From Flavobacteriales bacterium (GTDB taxonomy: Bacteria; Bacteroidota; Bacteroidia; Flavobacteriales_C; GCA-002722245), in contig JAHEZM010000005.1 of NCBI GenBank assembly GCA_023251075.1, forward strand, positions 24,753-88,752: a stretch of 64,000 nucleotides of DNA, given 5' to 3'. The notes under the pieces are model-generated. The model was not told the DNA's origin, searched no databases, and saw only the letters and a list, made by a program, of their open reading frames with translations. A program made the translations under genes and the position numbers. Positions 27,712-37,804 of this stretch are shown here, one piece after another. How positions within the stretch are numbered: the stretch's first letter is position 1; every line of letters starts with the position of its first letter.

Positions 27712-28422
27712 ATGAACAAAAAAAGAATTTTGATTGCGGAAAAAGAATCCATTTTTGTTAAAGAATTAAAATCAATTCTTGAGGAGTGGGGACACCAGGT
27801 GGTGGCAGTTTGTGATAAGTACACAGAGGTGTCTAAAAAAATAAAATATCTTCCTGTTGATTTAATTATTCTGAATATTGATATGCAGGATACTCAAGCA
27901 GGCATTGAATTGTTGCAAGAAATAAATTATACCAATGTTGCTCCGGTAATATTGGTTGCCGATAGCATGAAGAAAGATTTGTTTGAAAAAATAAAACCCT
28001 TTGCACCTAAAGGTTATTATGTAAAGCCTATTCATTTGGAGAATTTGTACACCACTTTAGAATTTACTTTTTACAATTTAGATAAAGAGAAAGAAATGAA
28101 GATGGTGGAAAAAAATTACTTCGTTGCAAAAGATGGAACTACTTTTATCAGAATTCCTTTTCATAAAATTAAATGGATTAAATCTGATAAACATTATATG
28201 GAAATTTATTCCGATGAAAAGAAAAGAGTATTAAGAATGACTATGTGCGAAATCGAAAAAATGCTACCCGTTAATTTGTTTTGCAGAATTCATAAATCGT
28301 TTATTATTAATATCGATGCGGTGAAAGAACTCAGAACAGGCTTTGTTTGTATTGATGATATGTGTTTGCCTGTGGGGAGAAAATACAAAAGCAATTTATA
28401 TTCGAGATTGGAGTTCGTGTGA
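27712..28422 (+). CDS. LytTR-family response regulator (receiver-like N-domain plus LytTR DNA-binding domain), orphan
   Basis: Receiver-like segment with DLIILNIDM phospho-Asp context. A C-terminal LytTR domain (FIRIPFHKIKWIKSDKHYMEIY...). It lies 23 nt downstream of the adhesin gene, and no histidine kinase is nearby. Confidence 0.75.
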   Translation: MNKKRILIAEKESIFVKELKSILEEWGHQVVAVCDKYTEVSKKIKYLPVDLIILNIDMQDTQAGIELLQEINYTNVAPVILVADSMKKDLFEKIKPFAPKGYYVKPIHLENLYTTLEFTFYNLDKEKEMKMVEKNYFVAKDGTTFIRIPFHKIKWIKSDKHYMEIYSDEKKRVLRMTMCEIEKMLPVNLFCRIHKSFIINIDAVKELRTGFVCIDDMCLPVGRKYKSNLYSRLEFV

Positions 28423-28448
28423 TCTAATCTTAGATAAGCAGAAAATCG

Positions 28449-28658
28449 CTACTTATTTTCCTCACACTGAAAGCTAATTACATCAAATTTTTCTTTCTCT
28501 GTGAATTCTGCTCTTGCCTTAGTCTCTGCCTCTTCTTTTGTTGAAGCACATTTCTTTACCTCTTTTATATAGGTCCCACCATAAGTACAAGTAACACAAA
28601 CTCTATCACACGAAAAAAATGATACACTTAATAAGCTGATTAAAATTATTTTTCTCAT
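28449..28658 (-). CDS. Small secreted Cys-containing lipoprotein (69 aa), hypothetical
   Basis: Signal/lipobox MRKIILISLLSVSFFSC, then CDRVCVTC plus two more Cys. Confidence 0.35.
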   Translation of the reverse strand: MRKIILISLLSVSFFSCDRVCVTCTYGGTYIKEVKKCASTKEEAETKARAEFTEKEKFDVISFQCEENK

Positions 28659-28823
28659 AGCTATTCTTATTTAATTAGTTGAATATATCCGGTTTTAAAA
28701 TCTTTATTATTGGAAATATAATAGGCTGTAAATCTAAATCAAAAAGGGAAACAATTCAATCACTTATCGTATTAAGCTTTCTAAAATTTTTATTCCGTGG
28801 TTAAGCCAAGTTATAAACACAAT

Positions 28824-28853
28824 AAAAAAGGGAGGCCAAAACCTCCCTTTTTT
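28824..28853 (-). terminator. Bidirectional rho-independent terminator downstream of 28871..30124
   Basis: aaaaaaGGGAGGccaaaaCCTCCCtttttt: a 6-bp GC stem flanked by an A-tract and a T-tract. Confidence 0.6.
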
Positions 28854-28870
28854 ATTTCTAATGTTGTTGT

Positions 28871-30124
28871 TTATTGTTTAATAAATTTTGTGCTTAAACC
28901 AGTAGAAGATTCAGTAATAAAATACAAACCATTTTCCAAAGCACTAATGTCAATGTTGTTGTTTTTATTCACCGATCCTTTCGTAACTACTTTACCCAGT
29001 ATATCCACGATATAATAATTGGTGAAGGCGCTGTTGGTATTTATCTGTATGGATTGAGAAGCAGGGTTAGGATACACATCGATAGATTTTTTTGTATCTG
29101 CATTTTTCATTGAGGTACTGATACAGGAAGCAGAACAGCTTTGTGTATTTGCGTTGCTTACACCCGTTCCACCTGTTACAGAATTTGTATTGCATACAAT
29201 ATTGTTAAGAGCACTTCCTTGTGAACCCGAAGTTTGTACATTGATACCCAGGCCGGCAGATCCTAAGGTAAAAGTATTGTTTGCGAAGGAATTATAATTG
29301 CCAAAGCCTGTGTATAAAATATGAGTTTGTATACCGTCTCCAGTACTGTTATAAGTGTTTGCGCCACTGTTGCAATCAACTTTATAATTATTTCCTTTTA
29401 CATCTACCCAGGAGTCTCCTGAATTAATGCCGTTTAATCCTTTTCCGTTGAAGGCATTATTGGTAATAATTCCTCCTGTTGTCCCTTCTTTAATATCAAT
29501 GTTTTCTGAAGGCACATTATCGCCAAAGCTACATCCTGTTACTGTGTTATAGTTACAAGTATCAGGGGTATTGGCATTACCCGTAATAGAGAGCCAATTG
29601 TTTTTCGATGAGCCTAAATAAATAGCCTCCGCTGTTCCTTGAGCTGCTGATGTAATTCCTACCGAATCTACATAGCAATTTTCTACCAGGTTATAAGAGC
29701 TGAATTTTCGTACGTGAATGCCTTCTTGTCCGATATAACTTACATTGATATTTGATAATACATTATGGTTGCTGTTATCAATTACCAAAGCTTTCATCGA
29801 TTTCCATATTTTGAAATCACTCAATATCCAATAATTATTGCCCTGTAGTGCAAAGCCATAACCATTACCAATATTGTTGGAGGTAATAGTGGCGCCATTA
29901 CCTTGCACTGTAATAGGGTTTTGTGCTGTACCATGAATACCAGGGCCTACAAAAAAACCTCCTGATCTGCTATAAGTACCGGGGGCTAATACAATCGTTT
30001 GTCCGGGTGTTGCCGCATTTAATGCATTTTGTAGTTCGGTGGCTGTGGATACGTTAACTATCTGTGCTTCAGCATAAAAGCCTGAACAAATCAATAATAA
30101 AGAGGAGAGTATCGCTTTTTTCAT
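28871..30124 (-). CDS. Right-handed beta-helix (PbH1-repeat) protein, T9SS type-A cargo
   Basis: Signal peptide, parallel beta-helix repeats, and C-terminal CTD VYPNPASQSIQIN...LSTKFIKQ. Confidence 0.65.
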   Translation of the reverse strand: MKKAILSSLLLICSGFYAEAQIVNVSTATELQNALNAATPGQTIVLAPGTYSRSGGFFVGPGIHGTAQNPITVQGNGATITSNNIGNGYGFALQGNNYWILSDFKIWKSMKALVIDNSNHNVLSNINVSYIGQEGIHVRKFSSYNLVENCYVDSVGITSAAQGTAEAIYLGSSKNNWLSITGNANTPDTCNYNTVTGCSFGDNVPSENIDIKEGTTGGIITNNAFNGKGLNGINSGDSWVDVKGNNYKVDCNSGANTYNSTGDGIQTHILYTGFGNYNSFANNTFTLGSAGLGINVQTSGSQGSALNNIVCNTNSVTGGTGVSNANTQSCSASCISTSMKNADTKKSIDVYPNPASQSIQINTNSAFTNYYIVDILGKVVTKGSVNKNNNIDISALENGLYFITESSTGLSTKFIKQ

Positions 30125-30154
30125 AATAAAAAATTATTGGTGATACTCAAAGAA

Positions 30155-30182
30155 TACGTTTTTTCTTAGCAAAAGGTTGGGT
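30155..30182 (-). promoter_or_regulatory. ECF-type promoter upstream of 28871..30124
   Basis: The minus strand reads ctACCCAACCttttgctaagaaaaaaCGTATTCTTTGA, spacer 16 nt. Confidence 0.55.
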
Positions 30183-30184
30183 AG

Positions 30185-31075
30185 TTATTGTATGCCAATA
30201 AGGGCGGCTCCAAAAACACCTGCCGAATCGCCTAATTTGTTTTTTACAATGGGGGTGAGCAGCTCGTCGTTGAACACATATTTTTTAACTTTTTCAATGC
30301 CTGTGGTGTATAGTTCATCAATGTTGGAGAGTCCTCCTCCCAGCACTATAACGTCGGGATCAAGAGTATTGATAAGATTTGAAATAGCGACTCCAAAATT
30401 TTCAAAAAAATCATCCATTGTTTTTTTTGCTACTTCGTCTTTTTTGCGATAAAGTTCAATGATTTCTATTATTGAAATACGTTTTCCGGTATTTTCTAAA
30501 AATCTGTTTTCTAATCCGCTTCCCGAAATATAAGTTCCCACACAACCTTTTTTTCCACAATAACAAAGTGCTCCGTTTTTGTAATCTAAAGTAGTGTGAC
30601 CAAATTCACCGGCAATAGCTTGTTTTCCGCTAAGCACTTTTTCATTGCAAACAATACCGCCTCCGCAACCAGTTCCCATAATTACACCCACCACCCATTG
30701 TTTGTTTTCACCTGCACCAATCAATGCTTCAGCCATAGCAAAACAGTTGGCGTCGTTTTGAATGGCTATTTTTCTTTGTAGTTTTTTTTCTAAATCGGCT
30801 AAGAAATTTTTACCGTTCAAACAGGTGGTGTTTGAATTTTTCAATAATCCGGTTTTTGTTGAAACAGCCCCCGGAGTTCCAATTCCTAAAGTAGTGGTAT
30901 TCCCTTTTGTGTTTTCTAACAAATGTTGATAGAGAGAATAAATATTGTTTAAAATATGTTCGTATCCTTTTTCTTGTTCAGTGGCAATTCTTTTTCTAAA
31001 AATTTCTTCATTCTTCTCATTGAGAACAATGCCTTCAATTTTTGTTCCGCCTAAATCAATACCTATCTTATACAT
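30185..31075 (-). CDS. ROK-family sugar kinase (glucokinase/N-acetylglucosamine kinase-like)
   Basis: IGIDLGGTKIEG N-terminal ATP motif and the ROK zinc motif CYCGKKGCVGTYISGSG. Confidence 0.85.
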   Translation of the reverse strand: MYKIGIDLGGTKIEGIVLNEKNEEIFRKRIATEQEKGYEHILNNIYSLYQHLLENTKGNTTTLGIGTPGAVSTKTGLLKNSNTTCLNGKNFLADLEKKLQRKIAIQNDANCFAMAEALIGAGENKQWVVGVIMGTGCGGGIVCNEKVLSGKQAIAGEFGHTTLDYKNGALCYCGKKGCVGTYISGSGLENRFLENTGKRISIIEIIELYRKKDEVAKKTMDDFFENFGVAISNLINTLDPDVIVLGGGLSNIDELYTTGIEKVKKYVFNDELLTPIVKNKLGDSAGVFGAALIGIQ

Positions 31076-31112
31076 GTTTACAAGCCTTTCGTTAATAATA
31101 TAAAGAGATGTT

Positions 31113-31721
31113 TTAAGGTATGGCTTTTATTTGCTCAATAAAAATTCTGCCTGAGTAATTAGGACCCCCTCCGTTGAAATTAATTCGTATTTCAACAATT
31201 TTTGTTTTATCTACATTGGCCTTAAATGGCCAGTTTTGAATCCAATTGTCTTTAAAAATAAAAATATAATTATTGAATTCATTGTTGTTATCGATGGTTT
31301 TTTCCTGAGGTACAAAGTTGGTGAAATTGCCATTTTCATCGTATAAATCAATTCTTATTTTCGATTTTTCTTTCCCTTCGTTTTTCATTCGAATATTTAA
31401 ATTCTGCGCATTTGAAAAATCGATAGCATTAAATTTTAGTGAAGCATATTCCCAATCCATTCCGGCATCGAGGAGGTTAAACATCAGGCTTCCTTCTTTT
31501 TTTTGAAAGCTTATGTTTCGGTGACTAATATCCCATCGGCTGATATCGGAAGCAGAATCGTAAATAATTCCCTGATCATGATTTTCAATCTTCATTGCTG
31601 TTTGGGGTAATTCTAAACTATCGTTTTGAATCAAAGCAATGTCGTTTTCTATTTGAGCATCTTTCATGCTGCCACAAGAAGCAAAAAATAGAGGGATTAA
31701 AAAATATATAATTCTTTTCAT
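31113..31721 (-). CDS. Lipoprotein, hypothetical
   Basis: Lipobox MKRIIYFLIPLFFASC; size 202 aa. Confidence 0.5.
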   Translation of the reverse strand: MKRIIYFLIPLFFASCGSMKDAQIENDIALIQNDSLELPQTAMKIENHDQGIIYDSASDISRWDISHRNISFQKKEGSLMFNLLDAGMDWEYASLKFNAIDFSNAQNLNIRMKNEGKEKSKIRIDLYDENGNFTNFVPQEKTIDNNNEFNNYIFIFKDNWIQNWPFKANVDKTKIVEIRINFNGGGPNYSGRIFIEQIKAIP

Positions 31722-31724
31722 GAT

Positions 31725-32747
31725 TTAAGGTATCATTGGTGCGTCGACAGTTACTGTTGGAAAATCGAATTGCACTTGTAAACTGGTAGCAGAAGCACTT
31801 TTAGGCCCGCAGTAAAATCCAATCAAATGAATTTTGTCGGGATTTTTGTCTTTGTACGGACTGCTACTTGATTCTAAAACAAAGTCGCTGTATTTTATCG
31901 AAATCAATTTCCATCCATCGAAACCCAGGTCGATAGTAGAAGAGTATTTATCTTCAGAATTATCATAATACACCACATGATCATCATTGTCGTCTTCAAA
32001 AGTTTCGATCACCAGTTTTGCAACAGAACCGGCACCCTCTCCTTTCACATATAAGTTGAAATAAACTTTGTTGGCATCACTACTTCCAAAAGCAAAAGTA
32101 AAGGGAGAAGAAGAACTTAATCCAGCTTTTCCAATGTAATAATTTCCGTTGGCATCGTGCCCTTTCAGCTGAATACAATAATTTCCTTCTGGAGCATCGG
32201 CATCCAGTACTTTATTCATAAATTCTTTTTCGTTGGCATCGAAAGATGAAAACCAATACAATCCCTGATCGGTAAAATTTCCTGCACCATCGGGTACAAT
32301 ATTTTCAAATCTTCCTAAAATAGTTCCGTGTTTTTTGGGCAATACAATGTTTATGGTGGTGGTTAAAGAATCGGTCCAACCATACACTGTTAAACTCGCA
32401 TTTACATTTTCACCACCTCTGAAAAGTTTAGCAATATCAGTAGTTCCATTCCATTTGGAATTATTGGCGTTGATGCTGTTTGAATAACCTGAAATGATTT
32501 TTATTGCTCCGGAGAGTTCTCCTTTCAATCGAATTTTCCAGGTTACGCTGGCGTTAAAAGTGGCCATGAAATAAATGGTATCGTTGATGAAATTAGGATT
32601 GTTCTTGCTAACAGCAAAAGAATTATTCACCACTGCAAAATCATCGGGAGCAATACCTAAAGGAGCTCCGGTAAATTCTTCGTTGTATTTTTTACATGCG
32701 CTGATAACCGTTGCAGCGCTGAAAAGAAATATCAATAACTTTTTCAT
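31725..32747 (-). CDS. Lipoprotein, hypothetical (SusE/F-like position in operon)
   Basis: Lipobox MKKLLIFLFSAATVISAC; size 340 aa. Confidence 0.5.
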   Translation of the reverse strand: MKKLLIFLFSAATVISACKKYNEEFTGAPLGIAPDDFAVVNNSFAVSKNNPNFINDTIYFMATFNASVTWKIRLKGELSGAIKIISGYSNSINANNSKWNGTTDIAKLFRGGENVNASLTVYGWTDSLTTTINIVLPKKHGTILGRFENIVPDGAGNFTDQGLYWFSSFDANEKEFMNKVLDADAPEGNYCIQLKGHDANGNYYIGKAGLSSSSPFTFAFGSSDANKVYFNLYVKGEGAGSVAKLVIETFEDDNDDHVVYYDNSEDKYSSTIDLGFDGWKLISIKYSDFVLESSSSPYKDKNPDKIHLIGFYCGPKSASATSLQVQFDFPTVTVDAPMIP

Positions 32748-32757
32748 AAATGGCGAA

Positions 32758-34476
32758 TTAAAATTTTAACAAGTAGCTAAAGAACAATTGGTGAACAGCA
32801 TAGTTCTCATTGCTGTTTTGGTGATTGTTGTTGAGCTGCCAAAAGGCATTGGCAGCAAAAGAAGTTTGTTTGCTCAAGTGGTAAATTAGTCCTGTGGTGA
32901 TAATACTTTGCGTGTTGCCTACTTTAAATTGCTCGTAAGAAGTGATATTGTTAAAGGCATCTCTTAGAATAATATTTTCAGAACCTTTTGCATTTAAAAA
33001 TTTAATGCCAGAAGAGAAGTTTAAATTTTTAAGTATTTCAAAAGTCAACGCAAAATCTACAATGCTCGATTGCAAATTAATTTTTGCTGCTGTTGCTCCT
33101 TGTGTGTTTTCATATTTAATGGCCGATGACACAGCCAATAATTTTTTACAGCCAATAATTTTATGAAGATTTAAAGTGGCTCCTGCGTTGAATAAAATGA
33201 AATTTCTTTTCTGACTAATACCTACACCTATTACTTCACTAAGCATTTGTGCATTTACCTGTGCATAAAATACAGAGTCGCTGTTTCCGTATTCTGTTTC
33301 TAGTGTATATCCTTTTCTGTTAGGTGTTGCGGCTCCGTACGGAAGCACATTGTTGTACATAGGTAAGTAGTAAGACAGGGTTGTAGTAATGGTTTTGTTG
33401 TATAAATTGAGGTCGGTAAATCTGTCGAAAATATTCATATTTCGGTTGTTACTTCCTCCCAATCCGTTGGGCAATAATGTAGGATGAATATTGTCGTTAA
33501 TTCTTCTTGATTGCGCACCGGCACTGTAGTATTCATTGCCAATAAAACGGTACGATACAAAAATTTTAAAAGGTAAATATTTGTGTTTTACTCCTAGCGA
33601 GGCATCAATAAAATGGTCGTAATTTTTTATTCTTTTATTTTCTTTAGCTTGAAACATATCGCTATTCGATGTGCCTAATTCACTTTTAGCAATAAAATTT
33701 AAGTTGCGTGTAGAATAGGTGTAAGCAAAATCTCCTGTGATTATTTTGTTAGCGTAGCTAACAACGGTGTCTTGCGCTGTTCCAGGAAGATCGTTGATGC
33801 CAATAAAATTAATTCCCAGATCTAAAGATTTACCTTGATGTATTTTTAAAGTTCCGCCATAAAGCAATCGATCGGGGGTATTGATAAAATTTGATGCTTT
33901 TATTCTTGAACCAAATGCCGACAAGGATAAGTCTTTAATTATTTTTTCGAATTCTATTTTGGTTTTTAGTTGAATGCCTTGTACGCGCCATTGATTTCCA
34001 TTGTTGAAATTATCGTAATCAATAATGTTTCTTCTTATTTTAAATGCTTCTGCTTCGAATTCCGAACGGGTAGCTTCGTAGCTGTTAAACAAAGTATATT
34101 TAGTCATTTGCAAATCGATATCACCTAAACTATAAGCAATTTTTTTAGCAAGAATTCCATGGATTTGTATTTGTCGGAACTCCAGTAAAGACCCCGTACT
34201 AAAGAATCCGCCAAATTGATTGTTAACCCGTAAAATAACATTGGCTTTTAAAATTTCACTGGGTTTAACATTGATTCCTAAATCGAAAACAAAATTTCCA
34301 GCCAATGATTTTTTTGCTGAAGTAGTATCATTTTTTACATAGTTGCTATTTTCGTTATAGGCACTTTTAGCGATTAAAGCTCTGCCATATCCTGTGAAAT
34401 AGAAAGGGGATTGGGCCTTGCTAAAAATGAAGCACAGAGAGAGAAAAAGAGTAATTATTAATTTTTGTGTTTTCAT
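32758..34476 (-). CDS. Putative outer-membrane beta-barrel protein
   Basis: Signal peptide, alternating beta pattern, and C-terminal aromatic ending FFSYLLKF. Confidence 0.45.
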   Translation of the reverse strand: MKTQKLIITLFLSLCFIFSKAQSPFYFTGYGRALIAKSAYNENSNYVKNDTTSAKKSLAGNFVFDLGINVKPSEILKANVILRVNNQFGGFFSTGSLLEFRQIQIHGILAKKIAYSLGDIDLQMTKYTLFNSYEATRSEFEAEAFKIRRNIIDYDNFNNGNQWRVQGIQLKTKIEFEKIIKDLSLSAFGSRIKASNFINTPDRLLYGGTLKIHQGKSLDLGINFIGINDLPGTAQDTVVSYANKIITGDFAYTYSTRNLNFIAKSELGTSNSDMFQAKENKRIKNYDHFIDASLGVKHKYLPFKIFVSYRFIGNEYYSAGAQSRRINDNIHPTLLPNGLGGSNNRNMNIFDRFTDLNLYNKTITTTLSYYLPMYNNVLPYGAATPNRKGYTLETEYGNSDSVFYAQVNAQMLSEVIGVGISQKRNFILFNAGATLNLHKIIGCKKLLAVSSAIKYENTQGATAAKINLQSSIVDFALTFEILKNLNFSSGIKFLNAKGSENIILRDAFNNITSYEQFKVGNTQSIITTGLIYHLSKQTSFAANAFWQLNNNHQNSNENYAVHQLFFSYLLKF

Positions 34477-34495
34477 TGTTGTAGCGCATTAACTG

Positions 34496-36382
34496 TTAAA
34501 AAAATATTTTCAATTCTACATTCGTTTCGTAACCACTAAAATGATCGAGTGTAAAATTTTTATCGCTGAAGGAGTACCATCGTTGGCGCAAATACAAACC
34601 TGCATTTTGGGTTAAATCGAAATCTACTCCCAAACCATAACCATGTCCGGTTTGGTCGATTCCTTTTCCGTTATCAGCTAAAATTGTTCGGGTGTTTCCT
34701 CTATTTTTTTCGTAGCCTATCAATCCAATTAAAGTTATTTTTGGGTGCACATTGTAAAAAAACATGAACTCTTCATAAAACAATCGCAGAAAGGCTTTCG
34801 AGTTAAATACTGCTATAGGAGAAATGTAATCCTGCACCGAATTGTAGTTGATATAATTCGATAAAATCAATTGTTTTCCAAAGAGATTTGTTTTTAGTTT
34901 GATGGAGAAATCGATGAGGTTAAATGCTTTTTTGTAAGAAGGGTTAGAATCGTTGAGGGCAATTTTTTCCCAGCTTCTTCGCCACTGAGTCATTTGTCGT
35001 TTGTATGGTCCAATTTCATTTCTGTAAAAAATAAATTGCGAGCGATTGATACCATTCAATCGGTGCTGAAAACTCACCATATTGAATTTATTTTCGAGTT
35101 CTTGTGCGGAAGAAAGTGCCAAAGAAAATTTTAAATTCTTGATGTCTTTACCTGCTGAAATACTAACACTCTGACGATTGTTTGCCAGGTGGCCTAATTC
35201 TGTTACAGCCGATTCAAAAATGGTGGTGTTGTATTTTAGTTCCTGACCGTATTGAGGTTGCACATTTCTGTTCGAAGTATTTAAAATAGCACTGGTTAAA
35301 TTCACCACATCGGCACCTATATAATAGTATTGAATACTAAATGGAAAACTCAGCATTTCCTTGTTAAAGTTTGCTTTTATGTTCAGGTAAGGATTCCATT
35401 TTTGTATAGAATCAACAGGATTTACAATGCTTCCGCTTCCACTTTCGCTATGCACGGAAAAATTTTTAAAATTTAATTTTACTTCGGCAGTAATCATTTC
35501 TTGTTTTGAAATGTTACTGAAGTTGTTGGCGAATTTTGATGGATTTAATATTGCTTGCGAGTGGTAATAATTAAGACTTACAAAATGACTAAATATTTTT
35601 TTGTTGAGTTGTGCCGCCAAAACATCTTGATTGTTGTTGTTTAAATAACTTTGAAAACCTCCGGTATTGTTTGATTTTCCATAAGCAATTTTAAATCCTG
35701 TTCTAAGAGGCATTCTTGTTCCGCAAAGTGTAAATCCCTGGATTGTTCCGCTTCCCCAGCGTGAATCTCTACTAATATTTTTGTCTTCATAAAAGGAAGT
35801 ATAGCGTTTGAAAGAAATGGTTTGCCACTCCCAGGGATAGCGCTCAAACATATCGTCGCGGTATTCTAAATTCGATAAAGTAGCGGGAGTGAGATTAAAG
35901 AAAATAACACCCCCTGCCGCGATATCGAATTTGCCATATGAGGTGAGCAAGTCGCCGCTGAAATTTAAATAGCGATACGATTGAATGCGTTTAGGATAAT
36001 CGTTAGAGATGTTTTGTAAATCACTTGTCATTTGATTATCGAGTAAAAAATCAACATCAATATTTGTATTTTTAGTTGGTTTTCCTTGTAGTCGCAACAT
36101 CAGTAAAGGCTCGCGATAACCAATGTGCAATCCATTACCCAAAGGATTATCGGGATACACACCATTAATAATAAACGCTTGAGGAGTATAAGCTCCGCCA
36201 GAAATATAATTTTCGCTTAAGTTTCTAAAACAAATGTTGCTGCGCAAATATCCACTCACTTGAATTTTAGTAAATTCTTTGTTGCTGTTTTGTGCAAAAG
36301 AAGAATTATCCAATAAAATAAAAGTGCAAAATAAAATAAGTAAAATGGTATTTTTTAGAAAGCGTTGGATCATGAATTTCAT
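34496..36382 (-). CDS. Putative outer-membrane beta-barrel protein
   Basis: Signal peptide, and the ending VELKIFF. Confidence 0.45.
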   Translation of the reverse strand: MKFMIQRFLKNTILLILFCTFILLDNSSFAQNSNKEFTKIQVSGYLRSNICFRNLSENYISGGAYTPQAFIINGVYPDNPLGNGLHIGYREPLLMLRLQGKPTKNTNIDVDFLLDNQMTSDLQNISNDYPKRIQSYRYLNFSGDLLTSYGKFDIAAGGVIFFNLTPATLSNLEYRDDMFERYPWEWQTISFKRYTSFYEDKNISRDSRWGSGTIQGFTLCGTRMPLRTGFKIAYGKSNNTGGFQSYLNNNNQDVLAAQLNKKIFSHFVSLNYYHSQAILNPSKFANNFSNISKQEMITAEVKLNFKNFSVHSESGSGSIVNPVDSIQKWNPYLNIKANFNKEMLSFPFSIQYYYIGADVVNLTSAILNTSNRNVQPQYGQELKYNTTIFESAVTELGHLANNRQSVSISAGKDIKNLKFSLALSSAQELENKFNMVSFQHRLNGINRSQFIFYRNEIGPYKRQMTQWRRSWEKIALNDSNPSYKKAFNLIDFSIKLKTNLFGKQLILSNYINYNSVQDYISPIAVFNSKAFLRLFYEEFMFFYNVHPKITLIGLIGYEKNRGNTRTILADNGKGIDQTGHGYGLGVDFDLTQNAGLYLRQRWYSFSDKNFTLDHFSGYETNVELKIFF

Positions 36383-36384
36383 TT

Positions 36385-37803
36385 TTAATTTTCTGAAAAA
36401 TAGATTTGTGAAACTGCTTCAAACCCTGAGCTGTCTTTGTATTTTAAGCGGTACTTACATGCTGCATTTGATTTGTCGTTGTAGAAATAATATTCATCTC
36501 CATTTTCATTGGCAGGAAATCTTTGTAGTAAAATAAAATGAATTCCATCCTCACTTTTTTCCAGATCAAAATACACTAATGTTTTAGGATTTTCGGCACG
36601 CCATTTCAATTCATTTCTTTTTTTTGCGGCGTTGTATTGTATCTTAAATTGAAGATTGGAAGCACTCATAGTTTTACAGGGAATGAAAGGCTGAACCAAC
36701 TCTTTATTTTCGTTGGCAAATACTTTACATTCATTTTTAAAATCCTTGAAACTTCCTATTCCATCATAACCATTGTACGACCAGAACATGTGCCCGGCAT
36801 AATGGTTTTTGAAAGCATTATTTATTTTTTCGCTGTTGCTGTAAATACTATCTCTATTGAGGTTTCCTGGTTGTTCACCAATCAAACAGGGCTTATCCAT
36901 TTTCCAATATTCATAAGAGTAATTGGTGTCGAAAGGATCGGCATTTGCGCTGTGCATATAATCGTAATAATGAATCTGGTAAAAGTTGAGATAGGCATTG
37001 CTATCGGCATAAACATTTTGCAATTCTTTATCGCCATACCAATTTCCAACAGCGGGAGCTACATTTGAACTCCAGCGTAAGGCGGCACAACCTGTAGTAA
37101 CCATTTTATTGGAATTTTTATGAATGGCTGCTGCAAGCATTGCGGTAAATCGCTGCATGTGTTTTAGTTCAACGGTAACATCTGTTGTATAAGCCCAGTT
37201 AGAGTTTTCGTCTTGTGGTCTGCTAATGGCCCATTCGGGTTCATTAATTATTTCCCAGGCAAAAAGATTACAGTGTTCGCTGTATCTTTTTACCATAGGA
37301 ATTAAAACTTTATTGATGTAGGAAAGTGTTTTTAAAGAGTCGCTAATCAGTGCTTCATGTTTTCCTGCAAAAACACCTGCTTCTCCGGTGAAATCTTTGC
37401 ACATATCAAACGACCATAAACAGGGCATGATGAGTATACCATGATTTTTAGCACGTAAAAAAATATCGTCTAAATCGGCAAAAAAATCACCATCCACTCC
37501 TTTCACAAAGCCGTTTGCATCAAATTCCGGATTTCCTCTTCCATCGGTATGAATCCACAAACGAACGCAGTTTATACCGTGGTTTTCACACTGCGCAAAT
37601 AGTTCTTCAAACCATTGTGCATCGTACATAGAACCCCACATATAGTGGTTACCTACATCTCCGCCAAATTTATTCCATGCCACGTTGAGCCCGTTAATGA
37701 AAATGGGTTTTCCTTCAAATTGAATCAAATGATTTTGCTGTGCAAAAGCAAAGTTGAAGAGAAAAAAAAGTGAGAAAAAAGAAAAATGAAATCGTTGCAT
37801 CAT
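36385..37803 (-). CDS. Glycoside hydrolase, GH5-like (clan GH-A; mannanase/cellulase-like)
   Basis: Signal peptide. GINCVRLWIHTDG and catalytic NEP context NLFAWEIINEPEW. Paralogue of 38899..40227. Confidence 0.6.
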   Translation of the reverse strand: MMQRFHFSFFSLFFLFNFAFAQQNHLIQFEGKPIFINGLNVAWNKFGGDVGNHYMWGSMYDAQWFEELFAQCENHGINCVRLWIHTDGRGNPEFDANGFVKGVDGDFFADLDDIFLRAKNHGILIMPCLWSFDMCKDFTGEAGVFAGKHEALISDSLKTLSYINKVLIPMVKRYSEHCNLFAWEIINEPEWAISRPQDENSNWAYTTDVTVELKHMQRFTAMLAAAIHKNSNKMVTTGCAALRWSSNVAPAVGNWYGDKELQNVYADSNAYLNFYQIHYYDYMHSANADPFDTNYSYEYWKMDKPCLIGEQPGNLNRDSIYSNSEKINNAFKNHYAGHMFWSYNGYDGIGSFKDFKNECKVFANENKELVQPFIPCKTMSASNLQFKIQYNAAKKRNELKWRAENPKTLVYFDLEKSEDGIHFILLQRFPANENGDEYYFYNDKSNAACKYRLKYKDSSGFEAVSQIYFSEN

Positions 37804-37804
37804 G

